Position numbers and translations under genes: made by a program. 32,000 nucleotides of DNA, from positions 2,786,497 through 2,818,496 of the forward strand of contig NC_003902.1 in the NCBI RefSeq assembly GCF_000007145.1, written 5' to 3'. Origin of the DNA: Xanthomonas campestris pv. campestris str. ATCC 33913 (GTDB lineage Bacteria > Pseudomonadota > Gammaproteobacteria > Xanthomonadales > Xanthomonadaceae). The stretch's first letter is position 1; the number at the start of each line of letters is the position of its first letter. Below the pieces are notes generated by a model, which saw only the letters and a list, made by a program, of their open reading frames with translations, searched no databases and was not told where the DNA came from. Of this stretch, positions 10,158-17,642 are shown piece after piece.

Positions 10158-10188
10158 AAAAAGCCCCGGCAATGCCGGGGCTTTTTTT
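10158..10188 (+). terminator. Rho-independent terminator of the efflux operon
   Basis: Stem AGCCCCGGC (10162-10170), loop AAT, stem GCCGGGGCT (10174-10182), followed by T7. It begins 22 nt after the RND stop codon. Confidence 0.9.
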
Positions 10189-10217
10189 GTGTGCTGCAGC
10201 GACGAAGCGGGATACTC

Positions 10218-10242
10218 CGTAGGAGCGCCCTTGGGCGCGATG
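10218..10242. repeat. REP-like GC-rich palindromic unit (GTAGGAGCG..CTTG..GCGCGA type)
   Basis: ccGTAGGAGCGCCCTTGGGCGCGATgg with hairpin GCGCCC/GGGCGC. The same motif type recurs as an inverted pair at 18956-19022. Confidence 0.6.
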
Positions 10243-10330
10243 GAGCTTTACCGCCTCAGCGTATCGAAGTGATTCGACAGTGCGGAGAGATCAGTTGTAG
10301 AGCCGCTGATCTGCGGCGTCGGTGCAGGGC

Positions 10331-10422
10331 CCTTACCCGCCTACGCTCGCGGGACACGCCGCAAGTAGGCTCTTACGCGGCATCCATGCCGCGTAAGGTC
10401 CCGCGACGGTAGGCGGGCAAGG
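10331..10422. repeat. 92-bp compound palindromic intergenic element (family copy E1)
   Basis: Outer arms CCTTACCCGCCTACGCTCGCGGGAC (10331-10355) and GTCCCGCGACGGTAGGCGGGCAAGG (10398-10422) are complementary at 22 of 25 positions. Inner perfect hairpin: CTTACGCGGCAT-cc-ATGCCGCGTAAG (10372-10397). Confidence 0.8.
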
Positions 10423-10570
10423 ACCAGTCGAGATGGTTGGTATGCATGGTTGCGGGCAGGGCATGACGCGCTTTTAATTCGTCAGCTATCGTGTTCTGCG
10501 AACCATGCCAGCAAGGCTACGCAACGTGCGAGGCGACCAGCTTTTTATCCGGCTACCGACCAACGTCCTG

Positions 10571-10675
10571 GTGCGGTGTCCTTACTGATTGCGGGACCGT
10601 GTGGAGGCATGGATGCCGCCGCCGAACCCCAGGGACGGGTTCACGGCGTGTGCCGCGAGCGGTGAGGCACCGCAC
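10571..10675. repeat. 105-bp compound palindromic element, same family as E1 in opposite orientation (copy E2)
   Basis: Shares the cores CGCTCGCGG[G/C]ACACGCCG, GCGGCATCCATGCC and GGTCCCGC with E1 when reverse-complemented. Its outer arms are GTGCGGTGTCCTTACTGATTGCGGGAC and GTGCCGCGAGCGGTGAGGCACCGCAC. Confidence 0.7.
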
Positions 10676-11040
10676 GCGCGACGAGCCAGGATTTTTGGCC
10701 GGCGCTGGCGCTACTTCGGGACAGTTAGATACCCGGCCTGCGGGCGCCGGTGGAGCCGCGCACCACGCAGCGACCGGTCATCACCATGCGGCGAATCGGC
10801 AGCTGCGGGCTGGCCAGGCGTTCGAGCAGCAACGCCCCAGGGACGGGTTCACGGCGTGTCCCGCGAGCGGTGAGGGCACCGCACGCGCGACGAGCCAGGA
10901 TTTTGGGCCGGCGCTGGCGCTACTTCGGGACAGTTAGATACCCGGCCTGCGGGCGCCGGTGGAGCCACGCACCACGCAGCGGCCGGTCATCACCATGCGG
11001 CGAATCGGCAGCTGCGGGCTGGCCAGGCGTTCGAGCAGCA
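10627..11040. repeat. Two-copy tandem direct duplication, period 208-209 bp
   Basis: 10627-10831 and 10835-11040 align collinearly. By eye they differ by 4 substitutions and one 1-bp indel, about 97-98% identity. Confidence 0.9.
10725..10831 (-). pseudogene. Orphan duplicate of the last 35 codons plus TAA of the LacI-family gene
   Basis: Reverse translation gives ...LLERLASPQLPIRRMVMTGRCVVRGSTGARRPGI*, identical to the C-terminus of the intact gene at 10934-11040. The two nucleotide differences are synonymous (GGC/GGT and CGT/CGC). No start codon or upstream coding sequence accompanies it. Confidence 0.85.
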
Positions 11041-11929
11041 GCGACATCGCGGCGCGGCCCATGTCCTCCACCGGCTGTTCGACCACGGTGATGCCGGGTT
11101 CGACCAGATCGGTCCAGCGCTCGTTATCGAAGCCCGCCAACGCCAGGTCCTGCGGCAGCCGCAGGCCGGCGGTACGTGCGGCCTTCAATGCGCCCATCAG
11201 CAGCAGGCTGTTACTGGTGACGATGGCCTCGGGGCGGTCGGCGGCGGCCAGCCAGTGCTCCAGTTCGGCAATCGCGGCCTCGGCGGTGGGTGCCACCTCG
11301 CGGTAGTCCGGTGCCAGGCCCTGGGCATGCATGGCTGCCAGGTAGCCGTCGCGGCGCTCGGCCGCGGTAGTGCTGGTGCTGCCGAACAACCCGCCGATGC
11401 GGCGGTAGCCCTGCGCCTGCAGATGCGCCACCAGTTCGGCCATGGCCGCGGCGTTGTCCAGCACCACGCTGTCGTAGCGGCTGCCGGGACCGGCGCGGTC
11501 CACCAGCACGGTGGGGTAATCCAGTACCAGCTCGTGCATGCGCCCCACCGTGACCCGGGTGGGCGCGAAGATCAGCCCGGTGATGCGTTCTTCCTGCATC
11601 AGCTCCAGGTACAGCGCCTCGCGCTCGGGATCTTCATCGGTATTGCACAGGGTCACGCGCATACCGGCCTTGTAAGCGACCTCTTCCACAGCACGGATCA
11701 GCGCGGTGAAGTACGGGTTGCGGATGTCGGCCACGATCACCCCGAGGATGCCGGAGTGCTGGGATCGCAATCGCCGCGCCATCAGGTTGGGGCGATAGCC
11801 GGTCTGGCGCACCGCAGCTTCCACCTTGGCGCGCACTTCTTCGCTCACCGGGCCGGTGCCCAAGGCGCGCGACACCGTGGACTTGGACACCCCGGCCACG
11901 CGGGCCACGTCATTGATGCTGATACTCAC
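10934..11929 (-). CDS. LacI-family transcriptional repressor, probable regulator of the divergent fructose PTS operon
   Basis: GTG start. N-terminal LacI helix-turn-helix MSISINDVARVAGVSKSTVSRAL followed by a periplasmic-binding-protein-like sugar-binding domain. It is divergent from fruBKA, with palindromic operators in the shared spacer. Confidence 0.92.
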   Translation of the reverse strand: MSISINDVARVAGVSKSTVSRALGTGPVSEEVRAKVEAAVRQTGYRPNLMARRLRSQHSGILGVIVADIRNPYFTALIRAVEEVAYKAGMRVTLCNTDEDPEREALYLELMQEERITGLIFAPTRVTVGRMHELVLDYPTVLVDRAGPGSRYDSVVLDNAAAMAELVAHLQAQGYRRIGGLFGSTSTTAAERRDGYLAAMHAQGLAPDYREVAPTAEAAIAELEHWLAAADRPEAIVTSNSLLLMGALKAARTAGLRLPQDLALAGFDNERWTDLVEPGITVVEQPVEDMGRAAMSLLLERLASPQLPIRRMVMTGRCVVRGSTGARRPGI

Positions 11930-11944
11930 TGGGACCGTTCCCGC
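11929..11944. promoter_or_regulatory. LacI-type operator O2 (imperfect) overlapping the repressor start codon
   Basis: CTGGGACCGTTCCCGC matches the perfect palindrome at 12039-12054 at 13 of 16 positions and has a central CG. Confidence 0.5.
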
Positions 11945-12026
11945 TCCATATTGCGCACCTGGACCCAGGCGCCCTGCGATTCCGATGCTAACCCGAAAGC
12001 ACTACAGGGTTTTTGTGCACCGCACA

Positions 12027-12060
12027 TTGACCTGGACCGTGGGAACGTTCCCACTATACT
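12027..12060 (+). promoter_or_regulatory. fruB promoter region with perfect 16-bp LacI-type operator O1
   Basis: GTGGGAACGTTCCCAC (12039-12054) is a perfect palindrome with a central CG. It sits directly between -35-like TTGACC/TGGACC (12027-12038) and -10-like TATACT (12055-12060). Confidence 0.65.
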
Positions 12061-12091
12061 TCCCAGCCGTTCCCCACCCCCGGAGCCCGCC

Positions 12092-14608
12092 TTGTCCTCT
12101 CCGTCGATTGCCCCCGTCACCCCCGACCTGGTGCGCCTGCGCGCCACTGCCCGCGACAAGGACGACGCCATTGCCCAGGCCGCCCAGCTGCTGGTGGCAG
12201 CCGGATGCGTGGCGCCGGGCTACGACGCCAGCATGCGGCGGCGCGAAGGCCTGGCGAATACTTTCCTGGGCCACGGCCTGGCGATTCCGCACGGCGTGGG
12301 CGAAGACCGGCACCTGGTGCGCCGCGACGGCATCGCGGTGCTGCAGCTGCCCGAGGGCGTGGAATGGAACCCCGGCCAGACCACCCGCCTGGTGGTGGGC
12401 ATCGCCGCCCAGTCCGACACCCACATCACCCTGCTGCGCCGGCTGACCCGCCTGATCCAGGATCCGGCCCAGCTGGAAGCGCTGTTCACCACCGACGACC
12501 CGGCCGTGATCGTGGCCGCGCTGACCGGCGACCGCGCACCCGACACCAGCGCCGCCCCGGCCACCGACCTGGCCGAACGGTTCGAATGGACCATCGCCTA
12601 CCCCAGCGGCCTGCACGCGCGCCCGGCCACTCGCTGGGCGGAGACCGCGCGCGGCTTTTCGGCCCGCGCCCAGGTCCGCGCCGGTGACCAGGCCGCCGAT
12701 GCCAAGAGCCTGGTCGGCCTGCTGCAACTGGGCCTGCGCGCCGGCGACAGCATTACGGTCTCAGCGAAAGGCAGCGATGCCCCCGCCCTGCTCAAGCGCC
12801 TGCGCGCGGTGATGGACAGCCTGACCGCGCAGGAAAAGGCCGATGCCGAACGTGCCGCGCAACGCCGCGCCGCACCGGTCATCGGCTGGACCCCGCCGCA
12901 GGCGCAGCCGGCCATCGTCGGCATCGGCGCCAGCCCGGGCGTGGCAATCGGCATCGTGCACCGCCTGCGTGCCGCGCAGACCGAGGTGGCCGACCAGCCG
13001 ATCGGCCTGGGCGACGGCGGCGTGCTGCTGCATGACGCCCTCACCCGCACCCGCCAGCAGCTGGCCGCCATCCAGGACGACACCCAGCGCCGCCTGGGCG
13101 CCTCGGACGCGGCGATCTTCAAGGCCCAGGCCGAGCTGCTCAACGACACCGACCTGATCACCCGCACCTGCCAGCTGATGGTCGAAGGCCACGGTGTGGC
13201 GTGGTCGTGGCACCAGGCGGTGGAACAGATCGCCTCCGGCCTCGCGGCGCTGGGCAACCCGGTGCTGGCCGGCCGCGCCGCTGACCTGCGCGACGTGGGC
13301 CGCCGTGTGCTGGCCCAACTCGACCCGGCAGCGGCCGGCGCCGGCCTCACCGACCTGCCCGAGCAGCCCTGCATCCTGCTCGCCGGCGACCTGTCGCCGT
13401 CGGACACCGCCAACCTCGACACCGATTGCGTGCTTGGCCTGGCCACCGCCCAGGGCGGGCCGACCTCGCACACCGCGATCCTGTCGCGCACGCTCGGCCT
13501 GCCGGCGCTGGTCGCGGCTGGCGGCCAGTTGCTGGATATCGAAGACGGCGTCACCGCCATCATCGACGGCAGCAGCGGGCGGCTCTACATCAACCCCTCC
13601 GAGCTGGACCTGGACGCGGCGCGTACGCATATCGCCGAGCAGCAGGCCATCCGCGAGCGCGAAGCCGCCCAGCGCGCCCTGCCCGCCGAAACCACCGACG
13701 GCCACCACATCGACATCGGCGCCAACGTCAACCTGCCTGAGCAGGTCGCCATGGCCTTGACCCAGGGCGCCGAAGGCGTGGGCCTGATGCGTACCGAATT
13801 CCTGTTCCTTGAGCGCGGCAGCACGCCCACCGAGGACGAGCAGTACCAGACATACCTGGCCATGGCACGGGCCCTGGACGGCCGCCCGCTGATCGTGCGT
13901 GCGCTGGACATCGGCGGCGACAAGCAGGTGGCGCACCTGGAGCTGCCGCACGAAGAAAACCCGTTCCTGGGCGTGCGTGGCGCGCGCCTGCTGCTGCGCC
14001 GCCCCGACCTGCTCGAGCCACAGCTGCGGGCGCTGTATCGCGCGGCCAAGGACGGCGCACGGCTGTCGATCATGTTCCCGATGATCACCTCGGTGCCGGA
14101 GCTGATCAGCCTGCGCGAGATCTGCGCACGCATCCGCGCCGAACTCGACGCACCGGAGCTGCCGATCGGCATCATGATCGAAGTGCCCGCCGCCGCCGCC
14201 CAGGCCGATGTGCTGGCGCGCCATGCGGATTTCTTCTCGATCGGCACCAACGACCTCACCCAATACGTGCTGGCAATCGACCGCCAGAACCCGGAACTGG
14301 CCGCCGAAGCCGACAGCCTGCATCCGGCGGTGCTGCGCATGATCCGCAGCACGATTGACGGCGCGCGCAAGCACGACCGCTGGGTCGGGGTGTGCGGCGG
14401 TCTGGCCGGCGACCCGTTCGGCGCCAGCCTGCTGGCCGGGCTGGGCGTGCAGGAATTGTCGATGACGCCCAACGACATTCCGGCGGTCAAGGCGCGGCTG
14501 CGTGGCAGGGCGCTGAGCGCCTTGCAGCAGCTGGCCGAGCAGGCGCTGCAGTGCGAAACCGCAGAGCAGGTGCGTGCGCTTGAAGCACAGCGCGAGGGCC
14601 AGGCATGA
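12092..14608 (+). CDS. fruB: Fructose PTS multiphosphoryl transfer protein (fused EIIA-Fru / HPr-like / Enzyme I), 838 aa
   Basis: TTG start at 12092 with GGAG 6 nt upstream. No in-frame ATG lies between the lacI start and the EIIA domain. Phosphorylation-site motifs are GLAIPHG (EIIA), GLHARPA (HPr) and GGPTSHTAILSRTLGLPA (EI). The upstream 279 codons of the track ORF are antisense to lacI. Confidence 0.9.
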   Translation: MSSPSIAPVTPDLVRLRATARDKDDAIAQAAQLLVAAGCVAPGYDASMRRREGLANTFLGHGLAIPHGVGEDRHLVRRDGIAVLQLPEGVEWNPGQTTRLVVGIAAQSDTHITLLRRLTRLIQDPAQLEALFTTDDPAVIVAALTGDRAPDTSAAPATDLAERFEWTIAYPSGLHARPATRWAETARGFSARAQVRAGDQAADAKSLVGLLQLGLRAGDSITVSAKGSDAPALLKRLRAVMDSLTAQEKADAERAAQRRAAPVIGWTPPQAQPAIVGIGASPGVAIGIVHRLRAAQTEVADQPIGLGDGGVLLHDALTRTRQQLAAIQDDTQRRLGASDAAIFKAQAELLNDTDLITRTCQLMVEGHGVAWSWHQAVEQIASGLAALGNPVLAGRAADLRDVGRRVLAQLDPAAAGAGLTDLPEQPCILLAGDLSPSDTANLDTDCVLGLATAQGGPTSHTAILSRTLGLPALVAAGGQLLDIEDGVTAIIDGSSGRLYINPSELDLDAARTHIAEQQAIREREAAQRALPAETTDGHHIDIGANVNLPEQVAMALTQGAEGVGLMRTEFLFLERGSTPTEDEQYQTYLAMARALDGRPLIVRALDIGGDKQVAHLELPHEENPFLGVRGARLLLRRPDLLEPQLRALYRAAKDGARLSIMFPMITSVPELISLREICARIRAELDAPELPIGIMIEVPAAAAQADVLARHADFFSIGTNDLTQYVLAIDRQNPELAAEADSLHPAVLRMIRSTIDGARKHDRWVGVCGGLAGDPFGASLLAGLGVQELSMTPNDIPAVKARLRGRALSALQQLAEQALQCETAEQVRALEAQREGQA

Positions 14609-15561
14609 GCCTGCAGGCCATCACCGTCACGCTGAATCCGGCGATCGACCAGACCATCCAGCTCGATCGCCTGCAACCTGGCGCCGTGCACCGCGCCAGC
14701 AGCGTGCGCAACGATGCCGGCGGCAAGGGCATCAACGTGGCCGCCTGTCTGGCCGACTGGGGCAGCCAGGTCGCCGCGCTCGGCGTGCTTGGCGTCGGTA
14801 ACGCAGGGGTGTTCGAAGCGCTGTTTCGCGAGCGCGGCATTACCGATCACTGCCACCGCGTGGCCGGCGACACCCGCACCAACCTCAAGCTGGTCGAAGC
14901 GCAGGTCAACGAGACCACCGACATCAATCTGCCCGGGCTGCAGCTGGGCCAGGCGCATCTGCAAGGCGTGGCCGACCATCTGGCCCCGCTGCTGCGCGCC
15001 GGCTTGCCGGTGGTGCTCTCCGGCAGCCTGCCGGCCGGCCTGCCCGAGGACAGCTGGGCGCAGCTGCAGGCGCAGGCCAGCGCGGCGGGCGCACGCGTCC
15101 TGCTCGACACCAGCGGTGCGCCGCTGGTGGCCGCACTCGCTGCCGCTCCCGTCGCAATGCCGTATGCAGTGAAGCCGAACCGCCACGAACTGGAAGCCTG
15201 GACCGGCCACCCGCTCGGCGACCACGCCGCACTCACCGCCGCCGCGCATGCGCTGATCGCCCGCGGCATCCAGTTGGTGGTGATTTCCATGGGCACCGAG
15301 GGCGCGCTGTTCGTGCAGCGCGACCAACAGCTCATTGCGCGCCCGCCACGGCTGGCGCAAGGCAGCAGCGTGGGCGCCGGCGATGCCATGGTGGCCGGCC
15401 TGGCGGCCGCGTTGCTGGACGACGCCACCGAGCTGGAACAGTGCGCGCGGCTGGCCACGGCGTTTTCGATGTGCCGGCTGGAAAGCGGCGATGCACGCCG
15501 GATTACGCCCGAAGGCGTGCGCGACGCTGCCGCCGCCGTCGTCATCGGGGCGGTGCCGTGA
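14605..15561 (+). CDS. fruK: 1-phosphofructokinase (PfkB family)
   Basis: ITVTLNPAIDQT...NDAGGKGINVA...GAGDAMVAG motifs. ATGA start/stop overlap with fruB. Confidence 0.93.
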   Translation: MSLQAITVTLNPAIDQTIQLDRLQPGAVHRASSVRNDAGGKGINVAACLADWGSQVAALGVLGVGNAGVFEALFRERGITDHCHRVAGDTRTNLKLVEAQVNETTDINLPGLQLGQAHLQGVADHLAPLLRAGLPVVLSGSLPAGLPEDSWAQLQAQASAAGARVLLDTSGAPLVAALAAAPVAMPYAVKPNRHELEAWTGHPLGDHAALTAAAHALIARGIQLVVISMGTEGALFVQRDQQLIARPPRLAQGSSVGAGDAMVAGLAAALLDDATELEQCARLATAFSMCRLESGDARRITPEGVRDAAAAVVIGAVP

Positions 15562-15714
15562 GCGCAGCCGTACACCGGCCGCAGCGCGCTGCGCTGTACG
15601 CGCCATCGCGGGCCGCACCGCCTTGCTGCGCTGCTATCTGGCAGCCGCGCGCCTAGCCCTTCGAATCCCCCCCGCCGGCTGCGCCGGCGACCGCAATACA
15701 GCAGGAGTTTTGCC

Positions 15715-17457
15715 ATGTCCTCTTCCATCGTGGTCATCGCCGCCGGCGAACGCAGTACCGAAGCCGTTCTGGCGGCCGAAGCGCTGCGCCGCGCGGCCAC
15801 CGCCGCCGGGCGCAGCGTGACGATCGAAATCCGCAGCGACCAGGGCGTGCTCGGCGCACTGCCGACCGAGCTGACCAACGGCGCCGCGCACGTCCTGATC
15901 GTCGGCGATGCCGATGCCGACACCGCGCGCTTCGGCGACGCGCAACTGCTGCATCTGAGCCTGGGCGCGGTACTGGACGACCCGGCCGCCGCCGTCAGCC
16001 AGCTCGCTGCCACCACCGCACCAGCCAGTACATCGGCAACGACCGACGCATCCGGCGCAGGCGGCAAGCGCATCGTTGCGATCACCTCCTGCCCCACCGG
16101 CATCGCGCACACTTTCATGGCCGCCGAAGGCCTGCAGCAGGCCGCAAAGAAGCTCGGCTACCAGATGCGCGTGGAAACGCAGGGGTCGGTGGGCGCGCAG
16201 GACGCATTGACCGACGAGGAAATCCGCGCGGCCGACGTGGTCATCATCGCTGCCGACCGCGAAGTGGACCTGGCCCGTTTCGGTGGCAAGCGACTGTTCA
16301 AGAGCGGCACCAAGCCGGCGATCAACGATGGCCCGGCGCTCATCCAGAAAGCCCTGGCCGAGGCCGGCGTGCACGGTGGCGCAGCTCCGGTTGCGGGCGC
16401 CAACGCCACATCGGACGCCAAGGGCAATGCGCGCACCGGCGCCTACAAGCACCTGATGACCGGTGTGTCGTTCATGCTGCCCTTCGTCACCGCTGGCGGC
16501 CTGTTGATCGCGCTGGCCTTCGCGCTCGGCGGCATCTATGCCGGCGACGACGCGCACCAGGGCACGCTGGCCTGGTCGCTGTTCCAGATCGGCGCCAAGG
16601 CCGGCTTCACCTTGATGGTGCCCGCGCTGGCCGGTTACATCGCCTATTCCATCGCCGACCGCCCCGGCATCGCGCCGGGCATGATCGGCGGGCTGGTCGC
16701 GGCCAATCTCAATGCCGGTTTCCTCGGCGGCATCATTGCCGGCTTCATCGCCGGCTACGGCGTGGCCGCGCTCAACCGCTACATCAAGCTGCCGCGCAAC
16801 CTGGAAGGGCTCAAGCCGGTGCTGATCCTGCCGGTGCTGGGCACACTGCTGGTCGGCCTGGCGATGATGTATGTGTTCGGCCAACCGGTGGCCGACCTGC
16901 TGGCCTGGCTCACCGCCTGGCTGCGCGGCATGCAGGGCAGCAGCGCGCTGCTGCTGGGCCTGTTGCTCGGCGGCATGATGGCCTTCGACATGGGCGGGCC
17001 GGTCAACAAGGCCGCCTACGCGTTCTCCACCGGCCTGATCGCCAGCCAGGTCTATACCCCGATGGCTGCGGCCATGGTGGCCGGCATGACCCCGCCGCTG
17101 GGCATCGCGCTGGCCACCTGGGTGTTCCGCAACCGCTTCACCGTCGAAGAACGCGGCTCGGCCACCGCTGCCGGCGTGCTCGGGCTGGCCTTCGTCACCG
17201 AAGGCGCCATCCCGTATGCCGCCCGCGACCCGTTGCGCACCATCCCGGCGCTGGTGATCGGCTCGGCCGTGGCCGGCGCGATCTCGATGACCGCCGGTGC
17301 CGAACTGAAGGCGCCGCATGGCGGCATCTTCGTGCTGCTGATCCCCAATGCCGTGACCCACCTGCTCAATTACGTGCTGGCCCTGGTGGTCGGCGTGGTG
17401 GTCACCGCGGTGGCGCTGCGCCTGCTCAAGAAGCCGGTGGCCGACGTGATCGCCTGA
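15715..17457 (+). CDS. fruA: PTS fructose-specific EIIB'-EIIB-EIIC permease
   Basis: AGGAG lies 7 nt upstream of the ATG. EIIB cysteine motif ITSCPTGIAHTFMAAE, followed by a polytopic EIIC domain. Confidence 0.93.
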   Translation: MSSSIVVIAAGERSTEAVLAAEALRRAATAAGRSVTIEIRSDQGVLGALPTELTNGAAHVLIVGDADADTARFGDAQLLHLSLGAVLDDPAAAVSQLAATTAPASTSATTDASGAGGKRIVAITSCPTGIAHTFMAAEGLQQAAKKLGYQMRVETQGSVGAQDALTDEEIRAADVVIIAADREVDLARFGGKRLFKSGTKPAINDGPALIQKALAEAGVHGGAAPVAGANATSDAKGNARTGAYKHLMTGVSFMLPFVTAGGLLIALAFALGGIYAGDDAHQGTLAWSLFQIGAKAGFTLMVPALAGYIAYSIADRPGIAPGMIGGLVAANLNAGFLGGIIAGFIAGYGVAALNRYIKLPRNLEGLKPVLILPVLGTLLVGLAMMYVFGQPVADLLAWLTAWLRGMQGSSALLLGLLLGGMMAFDMGGPVNKAAYAFSTGLIASQVYTPMAAAMVAGMTPPLGIALATWVFRNRFTVEERGSATAAGVLGLAFVTEGAIPYAARDPLRTIPALVIGSAVAGAISMTAGAELKAPHGGIFVLLIPNAVTHLLNYVLALVVGVVVTAVALRLLKKPVADVIA

Positions 17458-17642
17458 CGTTCGGCTGCCCCGCCCCGACCGATTCCACACCGCGCATCCG
17501 GCGCATCTGATCGCTGATCTGCGTCACCCCTGACTGGTTTCACCGCTGCGCTGCGCACCTTCGTGCGCGGCCAGCGGCTTGCCCACCCCTTAGCTGTCGC
17601 GTTCGCCTTCTCGGCCACGCCCTCTTTGTTCGGAGTCCTGCC

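Noticed and set aside
5625-10172. 1515-aa minus-strand ORF spanning the efflux genes
   Set aside because: It is an antisense shadow of the AcrA-like and AcrB-like genes, which have unambiguous homology. The product is dominated by Arg/His/Gly/Asp runs and contains no recognisable domain.
11255-12091. N-terminal 279-codon extension of the fruB ORF in the track
   Set aside because: It runs antisense through the LacI-family gene and across the promoter and operators. The EIIA domain begins just after a TTG with a good GGAG at 12092.
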